DNA of 49,395 nucleotides from Methanothrix sp. (GTDB taxonomy: Archaea > Halobacteriota > Methanosarcinia > Methanotrichales > Methanotrichaceae). The DNA is taken from the NCBI GenBank assembly GCA_035402785.1, contig DAONDW010000001.1:1-49395 (forward strand). The letters run 5' to 3'. The notes under the pieces were generated by a model that saw only the letters and a program-made list of their open reading frames with translations, searched no databases and had not been told where the DNA came from. Both the position numbers and the translations under genes were made by a program. This document shows positions 37,023 through 44,665 of the stretch, one piece after another (position 1 is the stretch's first letter; each line of letters opens with the position of its first letter).

Positions 37023-37534
37023 GTTTTACCCTAGTCGATATTGCCCAAACCCCAACGTTAGATGCCTATGTGACATTAGCCGAGATGGACGCCTACTTTG
37101 CCGGCAATGACCGGGCCACAGCCCTTTTAGCCCTATCAGTGGCCCAGAGGACATCTCTTTTGAACCAGGCCACTATAGCCATAGACAACGCCCCATTTAG
37201 GGGCACAAAATATGACCAGGGAATAACTGCCGGCGTTCCCGACCAGAAAAGGGCCTTCCCTCGCATTATAGACGGGGTTACTCTGGACTACAATAGCATC
37301 ATCAGCCTGGCAATTGTGCCCCAGGATGTCAAATATGCCTGCATGGAAGAAGCCCTGGCCATTCAACTGGCCGGTGTAGGCGGGAGAAACCAGTTGCAGG
37401 ATGAAGGGGTGCAGTCCTTTGCTCTGGCCAACAAATTATCAGAGTCATTTATCCCAGGGGCAGGCAATCGCAGCCTGCAAAGCAGAACCGCCAGGCAGCT
37501 CCTGCGTAAGTACATGGGATCGAGAATCAGGTAG
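37019..37534 (+). CDS. Head-tail adaptor (DnaT-like/gp15-like)
   Basis: DAYVTLAE.DAYF...L..AT..ID...F.G.K...Q.RAFPR...VP.DVK.A..E.A...A..LL.KY. Confidence 0.8.
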   Translation: MSFTLVDIAQTPTLDAYVTLAEMDAYFAGNDRATALLALSVAQRTSLLNQATIAIDNAPFRGTKYDQGITAGVPDQKRAFPRIIDGVTLDYNSIISLAIVPQDVKYACMEEALAIQLAGVGGRNQLQDEGVQSFALANKLSESFIPGAGNRSLQSRTARQLLRKYMGSRIR

Positions 37535-37573
37535 ATGCTACTGTGATGGACTTCTTTTGGGTCTGGAGAAAGA

Positions 37574-37849
37574 ATGCAGCAGGAACCACTAGCAATAGAG
37601 GTAAAAACCACAGAGAACCGCGATATAACCCTGGGGATGATAATTGAGCGCATTGATCATTTAATTGAATCAAACACAGAAGAGCACATGCTGATCACAG
37701 AGAGACTAAACGAGAATGATAAAAACGTAGTTATCCTGAAATTCTCTCGGTGCATATATTCCTGGCTCGATAACAAGGGCGTGGTAAAGTGGGCCGCCTG
37801 TCTCGTTGCGGTGGGCGTCGTTGATTTTTGTGTGAGACATTTTTCTTAG
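37574..37849 (+). CDS. Coiled-coil protein with a C-terminal TM segment (holin/XhlA-like)
   Basis: Coiled coil followed by a hydrophobic C-terminus. Confidence 0.5.
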   Translation: MQQEPLAIEVKTTENRDITLGMIIERIDHLIESNTEEHMLITERLNENDKNVVILKFSRCIYSWLDNKGVVKWAACLVAVGVVDFCVRHFS

Positions 37850-37858
37850 GAGATTTTC

Positions 37859-38179
37859 ATGGGCTTATTGGATGCGTACAGGGAGAAAATGGGCGAATCT
37901 GTGACCTGGAGGCACAAAACCGGCGTAGATTCCAATGTCGATCCGGTCTATTCCAATTCAACGATCAAAGTGCTCTGGTATGAGGAAGTCAAGTCATTTC
38001 AGAGCGATGACGGCAGGCAGTTGCAGCAGATCGCCTATATCCTGACCTCTGCCCTGGTAGAGAAGGACGACCTCATAACGAGAGGCGGCTTCTCCTGGCC
38101 GGTGATCGGCCTGGGCAAAGATCCGAGCATGGGACCGGAACAGATGAGGAAGGCGCATTTAGGGCAGTTCATGATTTGA
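37859..38179 (+). CDS. Putative head-closure protein
   Basis: 106-aa beta-rich ORF after the adaptor; D.I...G..W.V pattern. Confidence 0.6.
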   Translation: MGLLDAYREKMGESVTWRHKTGVDSNVDPVYSNSTIKVLWYEEVKSFQSDDGRQLQQIAYILTSALVEKDDLITRGGFSWPVIGLGKDPSMGPEQMRKAHLGQFMI

Positions 38180-38183
38180 GGAA

Positions 38184-39536
38184 ATGATGACTGGCTATTC
38201 GCTTCTGGATAATTTAGTTAGTGCATTAACCGGCAATTCCGCCCTATGCATGCTGGTTAATTCAAAAATCTATAAGAACAAAGCAATATCTGCCAGCGTA
38301 ATAGATCTGAGTGGAGATGTAAATAAAAGCCAGATCTCCTGCGAACTTTCGGACCTGCACGGCCAGATCCTCTCTGCCGATCAAGTTTTTGTCGTGGATA
38401 TCAGGACACGAAAAGAGATCGCTGGCGACGGTGGCGCTGAGTATTGCGCCCAGATTGCCGATGCAGTGCGTGCCATCCTCGATGACGGTTTTGTCGGGGC
38501 GACTGTAACTAAGATTTATGGTGTTGTGGCATTTGACGGCACAATCAAAGGCTATAGGTGCAAGCTGCAGGTATCCTGTCATGTTAAAAGCAGTTTCACA
38601 CTCACGGTCACGCCTTCTCAGGCCAGCCCACAGGCGGCAACAAGTGAGATCGTCTTTACGGCCATCGCATCGCCTAGCCTGGGGCTTGAATACAGGTTCC
38701 TCCTAAACGGCCCTGGTTCTGGTGGAGTTGCTCGTGACATGTCCGGCTGGCAGTCTCGAAATAGCTTTGCCTGGAAGACGACCTCTGCGGATGTCGGAAC
38801 ATCTACACTCTATGTAGAGATTCGAGGGGGAGTAAATAAAGGGGCAGCAGATCAATCCACCTCTGTAAGTTATACCATCTCCGCCACTTCTGCCGGCACA
38901 GGCACGGCGCCGGCGATCAGCAGCTTAACGCCCAGCCTGGCCGGCCCGCAGGAGGAGCAAACCAGGATAGATTTTATCTGCGTGGCTACAGATGCAGATA
39001 GCAACCCGATATTATATCGATTCTATCTAACAGGCCCTGGAACTGCTAACCTCAAGATGCTCGTGCAGGATTGGAGCCATAGGAATTCGTGGCAATGGCA
39101 GCCTCAAACTGTGGACGCGGGCGAGAGCACCATTGAAGTCCAAATCAGAGACGGCCTGCATGCTACGGAAGGCAGTTTTGATGATAAAGCAACTGCCTCC
39201 TATACAATAAACGCCGCCGTTATCGGCACAGCTCCCACGATCATCAGCCTGGTTCCTCGCCTGTCAAGCCCTCAGCCACCGGGAACTGAGATTGAGATAA
39301 TAGCAACGGCAGCAGGTTCGAACGGGGTAGAGCTGTTATACAAATTTTGGCATAAGCCACCTGGTGCAGAATGGAAAGACCTGAGCCCTTGGGGTACTCA
39401 AAATTGGATTCGCTGGATTCCAACCCTGGCCGACTCAGGCACGAATAGCATCAGGGTGGATGTAATCGACGGGCTGCACGCCGAGAGGGGCAGTTACGAC
39501 GCCACGAGCACAATCAGCTATACTATTTCACCCTGA
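38184..39536 (+). CDS. Tail-completion-like domain fused to three Y_Y_Y-like Ig repeats
   Basis: N-terminal AL....AL..LV..KIY...VDI......IADAVRAILD; three SPQ...LY(R/K)F...W...N...W...G...I.V repeats. Confidence 0.65.
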   Translation: MMTGYSLLDNLVSALTGNSALCMLVNSKIYKNKAISASVIDLSGDVNKSQISCELSDLHGQILSADQVFVVDIRTRKEIAGDGGAEYCAQIADAVRAILDDGFVGATVTKIYGVVAFDGTIKGYRCKLQVSCHVKSSFTLTVTPSQASPQAATSEIVFTAIASPSLGLEYRFLLNGPGSGGVARDMSGWQSRNSFAWKTTSADVGTSTLYVEIRGGVNKGAADQSTSVSYTISATSAGTGTAPAISSLTPSLAGPQEEQTRIDFICVATDADSNPILYRFYLTGPGTANLKMLVQDWSHRNSWQWQPQTVDAGESTIEVQIRDGLHATEGSFDDKATASYTINAAVIGTAPTIISLVPRLSSPQPPGTEIEIIATAAGSNGVELLYKFWHKPPGAEWKDLSPWGTQNWIRWIPTLADSGTNSIRVDVIDGLHAERGSYDATSTISYTISP

Positions 39537-39544
39537 GGTGAGCC

Positions 39545-40870
39545 ATGCCTACCGAATTAACCTTTTCTGTAACCAATCCCGACGGCAGCACATTAACGAT
39601 TATCCCGACAGAGTATAGAGCGGATTGGCCGTTTCTCTATCATCAGAGCCTGAGTTTCAAGTGCTATGATGGCCAGTTAATTGATGAGCGCGCTACAATC
39701 GTAGTTTCAAAGCTGGGCGCAGACATGCCTGTATTTTGCGGCTGGTTCGACCAGATGAAGCGGCCATCTTTCAAGTCCGGACGACCTCAGCAGTACCACT
39801 GCTCAGGATTCTCAAAGCTGCTAAATGTGCGCTCTGCATTCCAGAAGAGTTATGCTGCTACCGTTCAAATAAACGATCTCCTGGGAGACACAATCTCCAA
39901 CCAGGGCCTACTATTCGTTGCAAGCTCCCTGGCGACCGGCTGGAAGCTGGCAACACAGCAAGGTGCTCCCGTAAACACCTATTGCCTGGAGAGGACCGGC
40001 ACGGATGCCCTCTACACCCCCAGAATCCCGCTCATAACACCTGCCATCTACCTTGGCTCAACGCTTCTCACTGAGTCTGCGAGCCTTGAGGCAATGCAGG
40101 TGAACGAGTGGTTTCGGGATGCAGACTGCATCTACATTCGCCCTGCTGCGGGCGAGCCGACCGGAAATCCCCAGACATATCCCTGTTATATCCTTAATTT
40201 CAAGAACTGCCATCTGCGGGCCGGGTCGATCTCCACAGATACGCTGGTGCCCCCTGGAGTGGATGTACTTACGGAACGACTCTGGACCTCTTTCATGAGG
40301 GTTGCGGAAACACAGGGCCTGGAATTCAGCTTTGTGAACCGATCCGATGGCGATCAAGACCTTGATGCCAAGAGAACGATCTATCGAGGCTGGTATGATA
40401 ATCCAGTGAAAACCTATGCAGAGGCGGATCTGATAGATTTTGAAACTGGGACCATGGATGATACCAAACACGGTTTTGATTCGATCATCTTGCGTGGTCG
40501 CACAAATACGTTCAATCTTTGCAACCTACCGCCAAACCGCTGGGGTCGTTCAAAAGCCTTCGGCGAAACGGATCCTCTGGCTGCAGGAGTCTACAAGGAA
40601 CACATACCGTATCAATCCATTATGACGGAAGAGCAACTGGTTACGAGAGCCGGTTACATGCTCGGCCAGATGGCAGACGAGCGCTATCTGAGGTTATGGG
40701 CCAGGCCGGATTATGCTCTTAAATTGGGCGACTTCATCAGGGTTACAATTACCAGTGAGCCCTATGCAGGCCAATATAACATGAGGCTATTCAACAAAGC
40801 CTTTGAAAGTCGCTTGGGCGGAGATGTTATGGAACTGACTCTTTACGACGGGTACAACCCAGAAGATTGA
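39545..40870 (+). CDS. Putative tail-tip / baseplate hub protein
   Basis: Position and size; VFCGW, GLEFSF and LKLGDFIRV patterns typical of hub proteins. Confidence 0.55.
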   Translation: MPTELTFSVTNPDGSTLTIIPTEYRADWPFLYHQSLSFKCYDGQLIDERATIVVSKLGADMPVFCGWFDQMKRPSFKSGRPQQYHCSGFSKLLNVRSAFQKSYAATVQINDLLGDTISNQGLLFVASSLATGWKLATQQGAPVNTYCLERTGTDALYTPRIPLITPAIYLGSTLLTESASLEAMQVNEWFRDADCIYIRPAAGEPTGNPQTYPCYILNFKNCHLRAGSISTDTLVPPGVDVLTERLWTSFMRVAETQGLEFSFVNRSDGDQDLDAKRTIYRGWYDNPVKTYAEADLIDFETGTMDDTKHGFDSIILRGRTNTFNLCNLPPNRWGRSKAFGETDPLAAGVYKEHIPYQSIMTEEQLVTRAGYMLGQMADERYLRLWARPDYALKLGDFIRVTITSEPYAGQYNMRLFNKAFESRLGGDVMELTLYDGYNPED

Positions 40871-43800
40871 TGGCCATGGCATGTGAGACGAAGACGGTAT
40901 CGGTGCTCGTTCACGCGGGAAGTGTAGGCGGAACTTCCTGTGAGTGGTGCAGGGACCATATTGATGATAAATTCGTCATAGAAGGTTCTGCCGTCGAACC
41001 CTATCGACTTCCAGCCCACGAGAAATGTCATTGTGCCTGGCAGATCACAAAAATTACCGGCATAACCAGGAGCATGGCTGAAAAGGTCAGAGCAGTTCTA
41101 GAAGAAACAACAGACGAAGCAGATAACAGCGACTCGATCAATGTAGGTAAAATTCAGATAATGGATGAATGCCTGGAAATATCTGAACAGGCTACAGAAG
41201 ACGCAGAGGCCAGCGCCGCACAATCAGAGGCATATTATGCCCAGGCAGCCGATTGGCTGGAACAATCTGAAGTTGCTTTTGCCCTGGCTGAATCCTACGA
41301 AGATATCCAGGAAGAACAGCAACAGATCATGAGTGAGTGCCTGGCGATAGCAGAACAGGCAACACAAGACACAGATGCTGCAAATGCAGCTTCAGTCGTC
41401 TCTTATGGCCATGCAGCTGATTACCTGGCACTATCAGAAGCAGAATTTGCCCTGGCCGAATCCTACGAAGGGATCCGGGAAGAACAGCAGGCGATAATGG
41501 ATGAGTGCATAGCGATAGCCGAATCTGCAACAGATGATGCAGATGCTGCGTATGCGGCTTCCTTAATCTCATACGGTCTTGCTGCCGATTACCTGGACTC
41601 CTCGCAGGCAGCTCTTGACCTGGCTGAATCTTACGAAGCTATCCAGGCAGAACAGCAAGCAATCATGAATGATGCCTTAGCGAGAGCAGAATCAGCAACA
41701 GATGATGCAGACTCTGCTTACGCTGCTTCAGTCGTCTCTTATGGCCATGCAGCCGATTACCTGACCCTCTCCGAAGCTGCCTTTGCTCTTGCACAGGATT
41801 ATGAGGCCATCCAGACAGAGCAGACCATAATAATGGACGAGCGTTTAGGTGCTGCAGAAGAAGCACTCTCCAATGCAGAGGAAGCAACAATTGCCTCTGA
41901 GAGTTCCTATGCTGATGCAGCCGATTACCTGGCCCTCTCTGAAGCGGAATTTGCTCTTGGAGAAGATGATGAGGCCGTCCAAGTAGAGCAGCAAGCGATT
42001 ATGGACGAGTCCCTGGCGATAGCCGAATCAGCAACAGATGATGCAGATGCTGCAAACGCCGCTTCAGTCGTCTCTTATGGCCATGCAGCCGATTACCTTG
42101 CTCTCTCTGAAGCTGCCTTTGCTCAGGCCGAGGATTACGAGGCCGTCCAAGTAGAGCAGCAAGCAATAATGGGCGAGTGCATAGCGATTGCTGAATCAGC
42201 AATGGATGATGTGGACTATGCTTACGCTGCTTCAGTTGTCTCTTATGGCTACGCTGCTGATTACCAGGACCTTTCCGATGCTGAATATGCACTTGGAGAA
42301 GATTGCGATGCCGTCAGAATAGAACAGCAAGCAATAATGGATGAGTGCTTGGACATAGCAGAAGAGGCAACCCAAGAAGCTGAGGACGCAAATGCAGCTT
42401 CGGTCGTATCTTATGGTCATGCAGCCGATTACCTGGCATACTCAGAGTCGGAATATGCCCAGGGAGAGGACTGCGATGCTGTTCAAGAAGAACAATTGGC
42501 GATAATGACTGAGTGTGCCGACATAGCAGAGGAGGCAACATTAGAAGCAGAGGCTGCAATTGCAGAAGCCGATGATTGGCACAGCCAGGCAGAAGAATGG
42601 TACGCACTGGGCGAAGAGTGGTTTGCTTTAGGTGAACAAGCAGAAGCGATAGAAGATTGGGAAACTGCAGATTACTGTTATAATGAGGCGGAGACATGTT
42701 TTAATGAATCAAGCGATTGTAGTGATGAAGCAGATTATTACAATGGGCTGGCGGATGAGGCAGTTACAATTGCGAATGAGGCCATGGATGAATATGATGC
42801 AGCCGAAGCAATATTCAACGCCAACGATCCTGCGCCTCACTATGCGTTAGCTGAATCGTATCTGCAAACCAGCAATAATTATCTCGCTGAAGGAGATGAG
42901 TTTGTTGCATTGGGCCTTGAGGCAACCGCTATTGCAAATGAGGCCTTGGACGAATATGATGCAGCCGAAGCAGTATTCAACGCCAATGATCCTGCGCCTC
43001 ACTATGCATTAGCCGCATCCTATTTGCAAACCAGCAATAATTATCTTGCTGAAGGAGAGTGGTATGTAGCATTGGGACTTGAGGCAACTGCAATTGCAAA
43101 TGAGGCTCTGGACGAATACGATGCAGCCGAAGCGATATACAATTCATACGATCCGGCCACACTATATGCTCAATCAGAGTCATATTTGCAAATCAGCGAT
43201 AATTATCTTGACGAGGGTGATGGTTATGCAGCAACGGCTCTTGCAGCGACCGCAATTGCAAATGAGGCCATGGATGAGTATGATGCAGCCTTGGCAGTTT
43301 TTCACGCTCACGATCCTGCTTCACACTATGCCCAGTCTGCCGCATATTTGCAGACCAGTAATGACTATCTCGCTGAAGGAGATGAATATGCAGCATCGGC
43401 TATTGCACTGCACGCTATTGCTGATCAGGCGATGGCGGATTACAATGCAGCGTTAGCAGTTTTCAACGCCCACGACCCAGCACCCCAATATGCATTAACC
43501 GCATCCTATTTGCAAACCAGCAATGATTATCTCGCTGAAGGAGATGGGCATGTGGCATCGGCTCTTGCACTGCTCGCAATTGCTGATCAGGCGATGGCCG
43601 ATCACGATGCAGCCTTGGCAGTTTTCAACGCCCACGATCCAGCACCTCAATATGCATTAGCAGCATCCTATTTGCAAACCAGCAATGATTATCTCGCTGA
43701 AGGAGATGGGCATGTGGCATCGGCTCTTGCACTGCTCGCAATTGCAGCTCAGGCGATGGCTAATCACGATGCAGCCTTGGCAGTTTTCAACGCCCACGAT

Positions 43801-44223
43801 CCTGCGCCCCTCTATGCCCAGGCAGCCGTAGATCTGCAAACCAGCAATGACTACCAGGCTGAGGGGGATAGGTATGTAGCATCAGCTCTGGCAGCGCTTG
43901 CAATTGCAGCTCAGGCAATGGATAATTACGATGTAGCCTTGGCAGTTTTCAACGCCCATGATCCTACTGTCCTATATGCCCAGTCAGCTGCCTATTTACA
44001 ATCCAGTGAGAGTTGCACCGATTTAGCAGTTTACTGGGCCGCTCAAAGTGTGATATTTTGGGGAACTGCTGCTGATGCACTGGAGGACCATGATGATGCA
44101 CAATTTGTTCTCCTGGGAGAAGAGGATAGGATTAGCATATTAACAGAACCAATAACAAGATACACAAATTGCCAGGAGAATCTTATAATTGAAGATGAAC
44201 TTGCAAAATTGGGAGTAACGTAG
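40867..44223 (+). CDS. Giant acidic Ala-rich repeat protein with an N-terminal MuF-like Cys/His motif
   Basis: CEWC...PAHEKCHC; 8 x 56-aa repeats, an aromatic-rich turn, then 8 x 54-aa repeats. Confidence 0.85.
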   Translation: MMAMACETKTVSVLVHAGSVGGTSCEWCRDHIDDKFVIEGSAVEPYRLPAHEKCHCAWQITKITGITRSMAEKVRAVLEETTDEADNSDSINVGKIQIMDECLEISEQATEDAEASAAQSEAYYAQAADWLEQSEVAFALAESYEDIQEEQQQIMSECLAIAEQATQDTDAANAASVVSYGHAADYLALSEAEFALAESYEGIREEQQAIMDECIAIAESATDDADAAYAASLISYGLAADYLDSSQAALDLAESYEAIQAEQQAIMNDALARAESATDDADSAYAASVVSYGHAADYLTLSEAAFALAQDYEAIQTEQTIIMDERLGAAEEALSNAEEATIASESSYADAADYLALSEAEFALGEDDEAVQVEQQAIMDESLAIAESATDDADAANAASVVSYGHAADYLALSEAAFAQAEDYEAVQVEQQAIMGECIAIAESAMDDVDYAYAASVVSYGYAADYQDLSDAEYALGEDCDAVRIEQQAIMDECLDIAEEATQEAEDANAASVVSYGHAADYLAYSESEYAQGEDCDAVQEEQLAIMTECADIAEEATLEAEAAIAEADDWHSQAEEWYALGEEWFALGEQAEAIEDWETADYCYNEAETCFNESSDCSDEADYYNGLADEAVTIANEAMDEYDAAEAIFNANDPAPHYALAESYLQTSNNYLAEGDEFVALGLEATAIANEALDEYDAAEAVFNANDPAPHYALAASYLQTSNNYLAEGEWYVALGLEATAIANEALDEYDAAEAIYNSYDPATLYAQSESYLQISDNYLDEGDGYAATALAATAIANEAMDEYDAALAVFHAHDPASHYAQSAAYLQTSNDYLAEGDEYAASAIALHAIADQAMADYNAALAVFNAHDPAPQYALTASYLQTSNDYLAEGDGHVASALALLAIADQAMADHDAALAVFNAHDPAPQYALAASYLQTSNDYLAEGDGHVASALALLAIAAQAMANHDAALAVFNAHDPAPLYAQAAVDLQTSNDYQAEGDRYVASALAALAIAAQAMDNYDVALAVFNAHDPTVLYAQSAAYLQSSESCTDLAVYWAAQSVIFWGTAADALEDHDDAQFVLLGEEDRISILTEPITRYTNCQENLIIEDELAKLGVT

Positions 44224-44240
44224 AATCAGGAGCAAAGAGA

Positions 44241-44462
44241 ATGGGAAACAACATGAAAGAGAATGAGCCAGGTAATGAAGAACTGACTCCAAAAGAGAGA
44301 CTGGATAAAGTCAAAGAAAAGATGAAGGCGGCTGAAGCAAAAGGGGCACAATTGGCACAACGACATGATGAGTTAGTGGAAAGTAGGAAGGAGCTGGAGG
44401 AAAAGATAAAGGCGCGCAAGGAACAGAAACCAGCTCCTGAAGATCCAGTTACTCGCACCTAG
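44241..44462 (+). CDS. Small charged coiled-coil protein
   Basis: AGGAG SD; K/E-rich heptads. Confidence 0.65.
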   Translation: MGNNMKENEPGNEELTPKERLDKVKEKMKAAEAKGAQLAQRHDELVESRKELEEKIKARKEQKPAPEDPVTRT

Positions 44463-44665
44463 AGCTGAGTGAGCAGGGTAGGTGCAGCAAGTCAGGAAGC
44501 ACCTCCTCTCCCCCTCCCCGGACCCCACCCTCTCTCCTCGGTGGTCACGGCAGCGGCGGGATAGCCGGGAGTGCGAGAGGCGCCATCTCCGGCAGGCCGG
44601 GATAATTTCGTGCTTCATGGCCTGCTCAGCGCCCGACAGCACGCTTGCGATCTATGGAGGCACAT

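Larger units (their letters stand above)
27095..44462 (+). mobile_element. Head-tail (Caudoviricetes) virus morphogenesis module of a methanogen provirus or phage-plasmid
   Basis: Canonical order: terminase, portal, minor head, scaffold, capsid, head-tail, tail genes. Confidence 0.92.

Noticed and set aside
41327-43839. His/Leu/Arg-rich antisense and alternate-frame ORFs
   Set aside because: Shadows of the repetitive 1118-aa gene
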